From a virus (Duplodnaviria > Caudoviricetes), in IMG/VR virus record IMGVR_UViG_3300049144_000095, positions 64,001 through 128,000 of that record: a stretch of 64,000 bases of DNA. One strand, written 5' to 3'. Position numbers and translations under genes: made by a program. Below the pieces are notes generated by a model. The model worked only from the letters and a program-made list of their open reading frames with translations. It made no database searches and was not told where the DNA came from. Positions 55,123-63,674 of the stretch are shown one piece after another (position 1 is the first letter of the stretch; each line of letters starts with the position of its first letter).

Positions 55123-55293
55123 ATGATGGGTGACGACTTCAACTACGGGGCCGCGCTGATCGGGGACCTGGGGAGTCTCGATAACGGCGGCAAGATCAAG
55201 CTGACGACGGAGACCGGCGAGACCAAGTGGAAGGATCTGTCGCCGGACAAGCTGCGGCGCATCGCTGCGATCGTCGCCGAGCCGGAGGACTGA
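55123..55293 (+). CDS. Small protein (56 aa, below ORF track cutoff)
   Basis: ACGGAAGGGAG SD; KIKLTTETGETKWKDLS. Confidence 0.65.
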   Translation: MMGDDFNYGAALIGDLGSLDNGGKIKLTTETGETKWKDLSPDKLRRIAAIVAEPED

Positions 55294-55326
55294 CCGCATC
55301 CGCCGGTCAGAACGGAAGGGAGAAGG

Positions 55327-55698
55327 GTGAGCGAGCGCAGTCAGGACATGTGGCGGGTGATCATCAACGCCAGTGACGAGAACGGGAAGAAGATCTACGA
55401 CCTGCGAGCGGAGGGCGTGCTTGTTCTCCCCCGGCCGATGACCGCCCTGCATGCCGCCGACTACGCACTGCGGGTGGCGGTACGACAGGAGCCAGTACCG
55501 GCGGAGTTCGAGGTGGCGATCTGGGGCTGGGACGACCTCGCCTCGGACATCACGCGCCTGAGCGGCGCGGTCGCCAGGTACGACGACGAACGCGGTGTTT
55601 ACCTGCGGCATGCGCCCTGGCTCATCGGCGTTCAGGACCGGGAAATCGGTGAGCCCGAGGGCGCAGCCTTCTTTCCGTTGGATCAGGGGAACGCATGA
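55327..55698 (+). CDS. Hypothetical protein
   Basis: ACGGAAGGGAG SD. Confidence 0.65.
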   Translation: MSERSQDMWRVIINASDENGKKIYDLRAEGVLVLPRPMTALHAADYALRVAVRQEPVPAEFEVAIWGWDDLASDITRLSGAVARYDDERGVYLRHAPWLIGVQDREIGEPEGAAFFPLDQGNA

Positions 55699-56075
55699 GC
55701 GGGACCATGGCGCCTGAGACGGCACGGGAGGCCTGGCTGCGGGGGCATGAGGATGCTCTCCGGTACATCTCGTACGGCGATCCGTCCTCCTGGCGTGCCA
55801 TCACGGGCTCGGACCCTACAGATGAGGGCTACGCCGAGCGGATCTTCGATCGTCTCGCACGGGACTGGAAGGCGGGCTGGAATCACGGAGCCGCCCTGAT
55901 CGCGGACGGAAGCGTGCCCTGCGGCTGCGAGCACGTGAGCCACATGGAGGAGGGCACCGGCCACCTCTACATGGGTGTGCGGGCCGGACAGCAGAAGGCA
56001 CAGCACGTCGGCCGGGTGTGCGACGCCTGTGCCGCCACCCACATGAAGCCCTACCTGGTGAAACCGGAGGACTGA
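55695..56075 (+). CDS. Zinc-binding hypothetical protein
   Basis: CGCEHVSH...H...VCDAC. Confidence 0.7.
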   Translation: MSGTMAPETAREAWLRGHEDALRYISYGDPSSWRAITGSDPTDEGYAERIFDRLARDWKAGWNHGAALIADGSVPCGCEHVSHMEEGTGHLYMGVRAGQQKAQHVGRVCDACAATHMKPYLVKPED

Positions 56076-56078
56076 GCG

Positions 56079-56435
56079 ATGGCCAACGAGATCATCCGGC
56101 GTCTGCGGGACGGAGGAGTGCTCGGAGAGACGGTGGAGTCCTGGCACTGCGAGTCCGAGGGTCCGGGAGAGCCGGGCGGCCGGACCTACCACGTGCTGTA
56201 CGCACCGAACGGCCGGATCCGAGTCGATGTGAGCGGCTGCTGGTCGAGCACGTATCACACGGTGTTGATCGAGCCGGAAGAGGTACGCCCCGCCGAAGAG
56301 TGGCGGGAGCACCTGCTGGCCACCGGCCAGACGCCGGGGAGGCGGGCGTACTGCCAGCACTGCGGCCTGGAGAAGCCGGACGGGCTGATGGGTTCATGTC
56401 CCGAGGGGTGCCGGGACCACCAGCCGGAGTGGTGA
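56079..56435 (+). CDS. Hypothetical protein
   Basis: CQHC...CPEGC tail. Confidence 0.65.
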   Translation: MANEIIRRLRDGGVLGETVESWHCESEGPGEPGGRTYHVLYAPNGRIRVDVSGCWSSTYHTVLIEPEEVRPAEEWREHLLATGQTPGRRAYCQHCGLEKPDGLMGSCPEGCRDHQPEW

Positions 56436-56452
56436 CGGAAAGGAGAGAACGG

Positions 56453-56845
56453 ATGAGCTTCGGGCAGATCGAGGTCTACAGTCACGGTTCGACGCACACG
56501 CTCTACGAGTTCTGCGGGTTCGACGCCTGCCGGGATGTGATCCTGAGCAGGGGTTTCGAGATCCAGAGTGACGTGTTCGAGCGGGACGAGTTCTGGCTGG
56601 ACGAGGGCGAGGTCAAGATCACCGTCGTCGGCCGCCTGGACGAGTCGGACAGGTGCGTCTGGTGCTTCGGCTGCGGGGACTTCCTGCGCCACGCCAACGC
56701 CTCCCTGGAACCCGACGGATCGTACGCCGGGTGTGAGTGCGCCGAGCGCGGCCACGACCCGACCAAGGACCGGGAGCCGATGCGCCCGCTGGTCGTGGAG
56801 ACCGGCAAGCTGGAACTTCGCCCCTTCGAGGGAATGCACTTTTAG
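56453..56845 (+). CDS. Cys-rich hypothetical protein
   Basis: ACGGAAAGGAG SD; C..C, CVWC..CG, CEC. Confidence 0.7.
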   Translation: MSFGQIEVYSHGSTHTLYEFCGFDACRDVILSRGFEIQSDVFERDEFWLDEGEVKITVVGRLDESDRCVWCFGCGDFLRHANASLEPDGSYAGCECAERGHDPTKDREPMRPLVVETGKLELRPFEGMHF

Positions 56846-56941
56846 GCGATTGAGCGGGAGGCGCCCCAGGATCACCGACCTGCGCCGGGGGTCCGGGAGT
56901 GTCGCCGGTCAAGGCGGCGGGACGGAAAGGAGGCAAGGGAC

Positions 56942-57175
56942 ATGTCGGACGTGAAGTACCCGGGGTGCATGGTCGAGCTGTTGGACGAGATCGACGGCAA
57001 CGCGGTCATCATCTTCCGGAAGGTTCGCAAGGAGCTGATCAAGTACCTGACGGAAGAGCAGGGGTGGAGTCGCGAGGAGGCCGTGAAGGAGGGTGACGCC
57101 TTCCAGGCCGAAGCCATCTCCGGTGACTACGAGGACATGCTCGCCACGTGCCGCCGCTGGGTGGACGTCATCTGA
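56942..57175 (+). CDS. Conserved mobile-element small protein
   Basis: DGNA..I...VRK.L...EA.SGDYE.ML..C..WV pattern. Confidence 0.75.
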   Translation: MSDVKYPGCMVELLDEIDGNAVIIFRKVRKELIKYLTEEQGWSREEAVKEGDAFQAEAISGDYEDMLATCRRWVDVI

Positions 57176-57187
57176 GAGGGCACGACC

Positions 57188-57499
57188 GTGAACGATGAGC
57201 AGGCACCGGAGGGCTGGACCGTTGGGCTGGAGGGCAAGGAGCCCACGGTGGCACTCTCTGATCAGACCCCCTACAAGGCAGTCTGGATCGACGTGGAGGG
57301 TCCTTCGGATGCCCTCTCCCCCACCGAAAGGCTGGCGCTGACGAGTCAGCTCGCCGAAAGGGCGGCCCGGGAGTGGGCGCAGGAGGAAGGACTCGGCACC
57401 CCGTACCTCACGGGAGCCAGCCTGGATTCCTGGGTCGCCGACAAGCGGTTCAAGCGCACGCACGCCTACCAGGCTCCGGTGGAACACGGCGGAGGCTGA
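57188..57499 (+). CDS. Hypothetical protein
   Basis: GAGGGG SD. Confidence 0.6.
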   Translation: MNDEQAPEGWTVGLEGKEPTVALSDQTPYKAVWIDVEGPSDALSPTERLALTSQLAERAAREWAQEEGLGTPYLTGASLDSWVADKRFKRTHAYQAPVEHGGG

Positions 57500-57545
57500 C
57501 CAGGCCAAAGGATGAAAGTACGCAACCGGAAAGGAGAGGGAAACG

Positions 57546-57869
57546 ATGGAAGAGCCGAACGAGGGCTACAACTGGGCCACCAAGGCGGTGTCGGACTGGG
57601 TCATGAGTGACCCGGTTGTCCGGGATGCGGCGGCGGACGTGATCCGCGTGCACGCCGGACCCCGGGCCGGGTTCTGGCTGGCCGAACTCCTCTGGCGGGC
57701 GCTGTACGGGCCAGGACTGCCGTTCGTGAACAGGTCCAACCTGGCTCGCCATCTTCGTGGCGAACTGGGGGCCGTATCGGAACCGAACTTCGTGCACGTC
57801 GACTTCGAGGCGATCCGGCTCCGGCTGGCCCAGTACGAGGCGGAGGGTGGCAATCGTGCCGGAGCGTGA
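57546..57869 (+). CDS. Conserved phage early-type protein
   Basis: GYNWATKAVSDWV..D...VDFEAI. Confidence 0.65.
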   Translation: MEEPNEGYNWATKAVSDWVMSDPVVRDAAADVIRVHAGPRAGFWLAELLWRALYGPGLPFVNRSNLARHLRGELGAVSEPNFVHVDFEAIRLRLAQYEAEGGNRAGA

Positions 57870-58212
57870 GGTCTGGGTGGACTTCGACGGCAATCCGCTG
57901 AAGTTCCAGTACGGCGACTACGTCCGCATCGACATCTCATCGAACCCGGCACGAGCACACGGCGTCCCCTTCCTGGAAGGCTACGTCCGGGGCTACAGCC
58001 TGTCACAGGTGAGTGACAGAACATGCAGCGCCGCCTATGAACTGTTCCAGCTCGGCAACCCCCCGCTGCGGTACGTGCTGGAGGGGGTCCTCGTTCGCGC
58101 CGAGGAACGACTCCCCCACTCGTGCCCATCGGGCCGGGAGTGCCCGCTGTGCGGGAACGGCGCCCCCGCGCGGGGGCTGTCGATCTTCGACGGACCCAAG
58201 ATCAAGGACTGA
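57856..58212 (+). CDS. Hypothetical protein
   Basis: GGAGGG SD; H.C...CPLC. Confidence 0.6.
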   Translation: MPEREVWVDFDGNPLKFQYGDYVRIDISSNPARAHGVPFLEGYVRGYSLSQVSDRTCSAAYELFQLGNPPLRYVLEGVLVRAEERLPHSCPSGRECPLCGNGAPARGLSIFDGPKIKD

Positions 58213-58227
58213 CGGAAGGAGAAGGGC

Positions 58228-58491
58228 ATGCCCGGACCGGACAAGACGATCAAGGTCGGACCGAACGACCGGCTGGTGCGAGTGCTGCTGCCGAACGGAG
58301 AAGGCGCCGTGGACATCGTGCTGGGGTTGACGAAGGACGACGGCCAGGAGTGCATTCGCGTGGACGTGGCATCCGACAGCGAACGCTACGGTCCCGACAG
58401 GCACGGCCGGACCTGGGCCGTCGAGAACGGCAACCCGGGACCCGGGGTCGTGTTCCTCATCGCCCAGAAGCGAGCGGGCGAAGGTGAGTAG
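58228..58491 (+). CDS. Hypothetical protein
   Basis: ACGGAAGGAG SD. Confidence 0.65.
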   Translation: MPGPDKTIKVGPNDRLVRVLLPNGEGAVDIVLGLTKDDGQECIRVDVASDSERYGPDRHGRTWAVENGNPGPGVVFLIAQKRAGEGE

Positions 58492-58984
58492 GCCGCCATT
58501 CGGCCACGACGCCGACCTGGACGACCCGCTGACGAAGCTCCGCATCGCCGTCACGCGCTCGCACCCGATGTCGTCCTACCTGGTGGCGTTCGACCGGGAG
58601 AGCGAGGCCCGGCCCACCGAGAGGGAGGCCAAGATGCTCGCCTCCTACCTGGCTGAGTACAAGCACCACTACTACAAAGGCGGCCCGTTCGAGCGGCAGA
58701 TGACCAAACGCCCCCTGGATGTGGACAACAACGCCAACGGTGTCATCTTCCGGAAGTGGGCCGAGGATGACTGGGGGCTCCGCCGTCAGTCGCAGGACAG
58801 GGGGCCACTGTACGTCCCCATGTCACCGTCGGCACGGAAGGCGTACCCCCGCGAGAACCCCCTCGGTCCGCTGACCCTTCAGCAGCTCATGGACTGGGAT
58901 CACGCCAAGGGGGTCGGGGACGAGCCGCTACCGCGCTGGGTGGCATGGAAGGCGGCGCACCCCGAGGTGTTCGGGGAGCAGTGA
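58484..58984 (+). CDS. Hypothetical protein
   Basis: Overlap-coupled; W-rich C-terminus. Confidence 0.7.
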   Translation: MSRPPFGHDADLDDPLTKLRIAVTRSHPMSSYLVAFDRESEARPTEREAKMLASYLAEYKHHYYKGGPFERQMTKRPLDVDNNANGVIFRKWAEDDWGLRRQSQDRGPLYVPMSPSARKAYPRENPLGPLTLQQLMDWDHAKGVGDEPLPRWVAWKAAHPEVFGEQ

Positions 58985-59071
58985 CAGGGGGGGGCGCCCT
59001 AGGGTGTCCGGCTCCGGCCGGGCACCCGGGAGTGCCGCTCACAGGGAGCGACACGGAAGGGAGAAGAGACG

Positions 59072-59161
59072 GTGAAGGTCGAGGGGTGGCTGGCGGCCGA
59101 CCCGGAGGACGACGACCTGGGCAAGCAGGCCGACGAGATCCGCCGCAAGCACGGCATCTGA
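59072..59161 (+). CDS. 29-aa peptide
   Basis: ACGGAAGGGAG SD; MKVEGWLAADPEDDDLGKQADEIRRKHGI; flanked by hairpins. Confidence 0.5.
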   Translation: MKVEGWLAADPEDDDLGKQADEIRRKHGI

Positions 59162-59222
59162 CAAGCTGCACCGGGGCGGCCGGTACCCTCCGGCCGCCCC
59201 CCACCGGAGGGGAAGGAACGGG

Positions 59223-59699
59223 ATGCTCAAGAAGCGGTTCATCGTCGTCTCACGCAGTGCTGGAAGCGTGGATTCGATCCAGGCTCTTCGGGGCCGGTTC
59301 ACGGGGGATCTGGCGAGTGTCGACGTGGCGTTCGACGAGATCGCCGGAGCTGCGGAGGCGATCGAACACGATCTCAAGGGGCGAGGGGTGAAGCCGAGGA
59401 CGGCTACCCGCCTCGCCTGGGACATGTCTCGCACGCAGGTCGGGTTCATCCATCACGTTCCCGAAGCCGCTGACATGTACTACCGCATTCTAATCGCCCA
59501 CTTCACGTCGAACAAGAGACCGATCACCCCGGGGCTGAGCGTGCGGGACTACGACCAGCGGAAGGGCGTGGTCACGGCAGCTCAGTTCATGGCCGACTCC
59601 CCCATGGCCCCCGGAGGGGTCTACCACGACGGCTGGTACTACGTGGAGGCCAACCGGGAGGCCAAGAGGTACCAGGGCTCGAAGCTGGTGGCGCTGTGA
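59223..59699 (+). CDS. Hypothetical protein
   Basis: GGAGGGGAAGG SD. Confidence 0.7.
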   Translation: MLKKRFIVVSRSAGSVDSIQALRGRFTGDLASVDVAFDEIAGAAEAIEHDLKGRGVKPRTATRLAWDMSRTQVGFIHHVPEAADMYYRILIAHFTSNKRPITPGLSVRDYDQRKGVVTAAQFMADSPMAPGGVYHDGWYYVEANREAKRYQGSKLVAL

Positions 59700-60046
59700 T
59701 CACGCGAGAGCAGGCGGAACAGGCTCTGGCCTGCATCCGGCGACAGTTCCGGGTGGAGGTCGGCATCTACGGTTCCGAGCCGAAGCTGATCGAGAACTGG
59801 AAGCCCTTCGTGTGGGAGGGCCGGGAAGTGCACACCGAGCCGGTCCCTTTCGCCATCCTGTGGGAGGAGGGGCCAGATCACTGGGCGGAGCGGGCAAGAA
59901 CGGGCGGCGTGGACGAAGAGCTGACCCTGGAAGCCAGGGACTTCGACAAGAACTACGTCGTCGAGACTCCGGCGGCAACAGGCTGGCCGGAGGGCGTGGG
60001 GCAGTCGGCCTACTTTTCATGGGTGCTCACCCTCTACTCGGAGTGA
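59696..60046 (+). CDS. Hypothetical protein
   Basis: GTGA overlap; ILWEEGP.HW motif. Confidence 0.7.
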   Translation: MITREQAEQALACIRRQFRVEVGIYGSEPKLIENWKPFVWEGREVHTEPVPFAILWEEGPDHWAERARTGGVDEELTLEARDFDKNYVVETPAATGWPEGVGQSAYFSWVLTLYSE

Positions 60047-60065
60047 AGGACGGAGAGGCGGAATC

Positions 60066-60356
60066 ATGGGCGAGGTGAACACCAGCTACATCTACGCGTC
60101 CGTCGTGACGGATGGCGAATTCATCGACTCGCAGGAGTGGGACGGGATTCTCGACACGTATAAGGTCGAGTTCTACCTGACGGGCCCTCTCAACGTGAAC
60201 ACGCAGAACGATCTGCGTTATGGGTACGCCCTGTCGGGAGATGAGGCGTCCACTCTTCGGGATGGATTTCCTTCTGTTGACGATGCGGAAAAGCACGCCC
60301 GCCTGGTCATGCGTGCACACGACGCGAAGGCCTCACACATGGAGGCCCCCTTCTAG
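60066..60356 (+). CDS. Acidic hypothetical protein
   Basis: ACGGAGAGG SD. Confidence 0.65.
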   Translation: MGEVNTSYIYASVVTDGEFIDSQEWDGILDTYKVEFYLTGPLNVNTQNDLRYGYALSGDEASTLRDGFPSVDDAEKHARLVMRAHDAKASHMEAPF

Positions 60357-60400
60357 GGCTGAGATCGCCCTCGCCGGAACGGAACGGAGAAGAAAAGGTC

Positions 60401-60940
60401 ATGGAGAAGGCTGCTCACTGGGTACTGGACGGGCCGATCGAGTACGACGCCGGGGATCTCGGCGGTGACATCCAGCTCGGCCCGGCAGTCTCGGCCCGCT
60501 TCCGGAGCGACGACTGCCCGGAGGCGCGGTTCGAGGTCATCGCATACGTCACGGCGAAGACGTACTCGGAACTGGGCGAGTCGGAGCCGGACTGCCCGCA
60601 CGAGATGACCGTCCTGGAGCGCAGTGCCGACGGCGGTGTCCGGCGGGCGAAGATGCCGGAGGAGCACTCGGCGTGCTCCTGGAAGCCAGGAACGGTGGAT
60701 GTGCAGGCGCAGTACGTATATCGGATGAACGGCCGCGTGGACGAGTACGGCAACTACGAATCCGACGGCACCGACGAGATCACCTACGAGTGGGTCGGGA
60801 ACAACATGGGCTACCCCGGCGACACGCTCTCCTGGCAGCTTCACGTCGCCAAGCAAGACGCCCGACGGTACGTGGAGCGCTACGTGACCCGGGTGAACGA
60901 TTTCCTGGTGTGGGACGGCCGTACACGGCCGAACGGCTGA
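60401..60940 (+). CDS. Acidic hypothetical protein
   Basis: GGAGAAGAAAAGG leader. Confidence 0.7.
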   Translation: MEKAAHWVLDGPIEYDAGDLGGDIQLGPAVSARFRSDDCPEARFEVIAYVTAKTYSELGESEPDCPHEMTVLERSADGGVRRAKMPEEHSACSWKPGTVDVQAQYVYRMNGRVDEYGNYESDGTDEITYEWVGNNMGYPGDTLSWQLHVAKQDARRYVERYVTRVNDFLVWDGRTRPNG

Positions 60941-60960
60941 AAGACGGAAAGGGGAACGAG

Positions 60961-61389
60961 ATGGGCTGGGTACTGCACGAGGAGCCCTGGACGGACGACG
61001 GCGAGTACTCCCCGCTTCAGGTCGGGAAGGCCGCGCACATTCGCTTCAGGCACACGGACAAGCCCGGACGGCTGCTGACCATGAGTGCCTACCCGATGGC
61101 GCCGGAGGTCGAAGTCGTGACTCATAAGGACACGGTCGAGACGTTCCACGGCTACAAGGCCGACATGGACAAGCTCGCGGTCGAAGTACACACCGAGTTC
61201 ATGATCTGCGACGACATCCGCGACCCCGGGGGCACCGAGAACTGGTGCGACTACCGGTGCAAGCGCCTCAACACCGCCTACAGCGGCATCGATGGCGAGA
61301 AGGTTCGGGCGGCCGAGGCGGACGCTCTGAAATTCGTCCGCCGCTTCAACGGCGAGCGGGACATCGACTGGGACGGCGAGCGGTTCTGA
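60961..61389 (+). CDS. Hypothetical protein
   Basis: ACGGAAAGGGG SD. Confidence 0.7.
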   Translation: MGWVLHEEPWTDDGEYSPLQVGKAAHIRFRHTDKPGRLLTMSAYPMAPEVEVVTHKDTVETFHGYKADMDKLAVEVHTEFMICDDIRDPGGTENWCDYRCKRLNTAYSGIDGEKVRAAEADALKFVRRFNGERDIDWDGERF

Positions 61390-61398
61390 GCCGGTGCG

Positions 61399-61434
61399 TT
61401 CGGGAGGACAGGACGCGCGTCCTGTCCTCCAGTG
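61399..61434 (+). repeat. Conserved intergenic hairpin element
   Basis: TTCG-GGAGGACAGGAC-GCGC-GTCCTGTCCTCC-AGTG, perfect 12-bp stem. Confidence 0.85.
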
Positions 61435-61461
61435 CACATCGGATCGGAGAAGGGACAAAGG

Positions 61462-61887
61462 ATGACCACCGAGAACACGCTGACCAGCATGATCACCGGT
61501 AACTGGGAGCTGTTCGCCTTCCTGTGGCCGATCGCCCTCGGCGAGCCGGTCGGCCCCGACGGAGACGTCTTCGGATACGGGGATGACCAGCTCGCCGAGT
61601 GGGTGATTCAGATGCTCAACGGCGAGACGCAGAACTGGCCTTCCCTACTGAGCCGCCTCACCTCCACCGACGCCGAGCTGTGGAAGAAGGGGCGTACCCT
61701 CATCGTCGCCCAGGTCGAGAATCTGGACGACGAGGGGTGGGCGCGAGTCCGTGAGGGGTTGATGACGGCTCACCCGGACCGCGAGATCCCTTGCCCGTAC
61801 TGTGCGACTCGGGTGCTGGCCACCGAGGACGCGTTCCACAAGCACTACCAGCAGGACAAGTGCTGGGAGGACGACGACGAGAACTGA
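61462..61887 (+). CDS. Hypothetical protein with C-terminal zinc finger
   Basis: CPYC...FHKHY...C. Confidence 0.7.
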   Translation: MTTENTLTSMITGNWELFAFLWPIALGEPVGPDGDVFGYGDDQLAEWVIQMLNGETQNWPSLLSRLTSTDAELWKKGRTLIVAQVENLDDEGWARVREGLMTAHPDREIPCPYCATRVLATEDAFHKHYQQDKCWEDDDEN

Positions 61888-61907
61888 TCCGGCAGAAGGA
61901 GTGGAAC

Positions 61908-62090
61908 GTGAGCGGTATCGAGCAGCAGGTCAGTGCCGTCCTGGGTGATCATGCCAGCGACTACGACATACCGGGCATCGTGGAGGAGATTCACAGGTTG
62001 TACGGCCCGGTCGTCAGCATCAACGAAATCCACGGTCCTGCCTGGCTCGGAATCCTGGATCGCAACGAAGCGAAACTGATGAGGGCGTGA
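61908..62090 (+). CDS. Small hypothetical protein
   Basis: AAGGAG SD; DYDIPGIVEEI. Confidence 0.6.
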   Translation: MSGIEQQVSAVLGDHASDYDIPGIVEEIHRLYGPVVSINEIHGPAWLGILDRNEAKLMRA

Positions 62091-62133
62091 ACGCGACCGA
62101 AGGAAAGCTCATCGAGCGGCTGAAGGGAACAGA

Positions 62134-62289
62134 GTGATCAAAGGCAAGATCGAGTTCACCGGAGAGACTATCGAGGACGTCCGGGCGGCGATCGAGGAGG
62201 CGCTGAACCGGATCAACCTCGGCAACATCACCGGCTTCGATCGCAACGAGTCCGGCAGCTTCAGCTTCGACGTCAACCACGACGCCTGA
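62134..62289 (+). CDS. Small protein (51 aa)
   Basis: MIKGKIEFTGETIEDV...GFDRNESGSFSFDV. Confidence 0.6.
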   Translation: MIKGKIEFTGETIEDVRAAIEEALNRINLGNITGFDRNESGSFSFDVNHDA

Positions 62290-62313
62290 ACTGGCCAGCG
62301 GAAAGGGGAGAAA

Positions 62314-62598
62314 ATGGAACTGACGGCTCCGCAGGGTGAGCACGAAATCACCCTTTACCAGCAAATGGACGGTGGCTGGACCGAGTTCGCCACCGGTCGC
62401 GGCAACGTCTCCGCAGGGGCGACGCGAAGCGATGTGGTGCAGGGCCTCACGGAGTTCGTCCAGGAGGTGCTGCGGAACAGCAGCACGCCTCGGGAGGAGC
62501 GTCCACTGCTGCATCAGGTGCTCGCTTCCGCCACGGTCCCTCCGTTCGGCATGATCGCCGTCAACGGCTTCGGTACCGAGATGGTTGTCGAAGCCTGA
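62314..62598 (+). CDS. Hypothetical protein
   Basis: GCGGAAAGGGGAG SD. Confidence 0.65.
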   Translation: MELTAPQGEHEITLYQQMDGGWTEFATGRGNVSAGATRSDVVQGLTEFVQEVLRNSSTPREERPLLHQVLASATVPPFGMIAVNGFGTEMVVEA

Positions 62599-62618
62599 AG
62601 CGGCCAGCGGCAGTTCGA

Positions 62619-62647
62619 TGGACGAGAGTGGCCTAGGTCAGTAGGAT
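62619..62647 (+). promoter_or_regulatory. sigma70-type promoter with palindromic operator in its spacer
   Basis: TGGACG-17 nt-TAGGAT; TGGCCTAGGTCA at 62629-62640. Confidence 0.75.
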
Positions 62648-62687
62648 GCGAAGGCCCCGGATCAATCAGGGCTCGGGAGGGAGAAGT

Positions 62688-63026
62688 ATGCAGAACGACA
62701 GGCCCGCCGACTTCTACGACGTCTGCGCCAGGCAGGAGGGTGTGCGCAGTCAGGTGTTCCGGTTCGAGGGGACGGAGCAAGGCTTCCTTCGGGCCAAGAA
62801 GTATGCACGGGACTACAACAAGTCCCTGCGGGACGCCATGGGCCTCACAGAGGTCGACCTGGAGACCGAGATCAGCAGCCTGGATTTCAATCGGCCCGAC
62901 CAGTACGAGAAGGCCCTGACGATCGAGTCCTACCGAGACCACTCGGCCTCGGTCCGCCCCGCCTACGAGATCCCCGTCATCAAGGACGGCGATCCGCTGC
63001 CGACCGACTACCCGCACGACTTCTGA
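62688..63026 (+). CDS. Hypothetical protein
   Basis: GGGAGGGAG SD. Confidence 0.7.
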   Translation: MQNDRPADFYDVCARQEGVRSQVFRFEGTEQGFLRAKKYARDYNKSLRDAMGLTEVDLETEISSLDFNRPDQYEKALTIESYRDHSASVRPAYEIPVIKDGDPLPTDYPHDF

Positions 63027-63043
63027 CCCCGGAGGGACAAGAC

Positions 63044-63355
63044 ATGCAGGAAGCCGATCACTACCTCATCCACGTCCGCCACGAGGACGCTCAAGGCAAG
63101 GCCGAGTGGCGCGTGACCATGCCGCACAACGAGGTCGGCGCTGCGGTGCGGGAAGCTCTCCAGTTCCAGAGCAAGGGGCTCGTCACCTTCATCACCGGAC
63201 GGAATGACGCGGCGGAGATCCTATTCGTCATGCCGGTTGCGGCGTACCCGATCGCCGGTGTCGTCAACTTCGACACCGGCATCTTCGGCTGCCCGGACGA
63301 GCGCACCCGGGATGCGGTGATCGCATTCGCCGACAAGGTGGGCTGGACCGCCTGA
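63044..63355 (+). CDS. Hypothetical protein
   Basis: GGAGGG SD. Confidence 0.65.
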   Translation: MQEADHYLIHVRHEDAQGKAEWRVTMPHNEVGAAVREALQFQSKGLVTFITGRNDAAEILFVMPVAAYPIAGVVNFDTGIFGCPDERTRDAVIAFADKVGWTA

Positions 63356-63624
63356 TGGTCACGGCGAACGTGGACATGCAGGAGCCGACCAGCGGCATCA
63401 TCCTGGTCACCGGCAATCACGGCTACCCGGAATGCCCGCAGGCCCTTCTCGGCAAGGACGGCGAGGAGTGGTACGTCGAGGACTCCTACGGCGACCTCGA
63501 CAGGGACGGCAAAACCGCCCGGAAGGACTTCTTCGAGAAGGCCAGGACCCGGAAGGGGGCAATCCGGAAGTGGCTTGCCCACCTGGGGCTGGAGGCCGAG
63601 ATCAAGACGGAGCGCGAGTACTGA
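63355..63624 (+). CDS. Hypothetical protein
   Basis: TGATG overlap. Confidence 0.65.
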   Translation: MVTANVDMQEPTSGIILVTGNHGYPECPQALLGKDGEEWYVEDSYGDLDRDGKTARKDFFEKARTRKGAIRKWLAHLGLEAEIKTEREY

Positions 63625-63674
63625 ATCGCGCGATCACGCAAGTGATGGCATTCGAGACGGAAAGAGAGAAGAGC

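Noticed and set aside
37243-61434. Canonical integron attC sites
   Set aside because: No RYYYAAC...GTTRRRY pair in the required order (GTTCGGG sits at the left end with no matching AAC) and units often span several genes; a non-canonical recombination role is left open
7998-62640. Palindrome as LexA SOS box or chromosomal parS
   Set aside because: Does not match the actinobacterial LexA box (TCGAAC-N4-GTTCGA) or parS (GTTTCACGTGAAAC)
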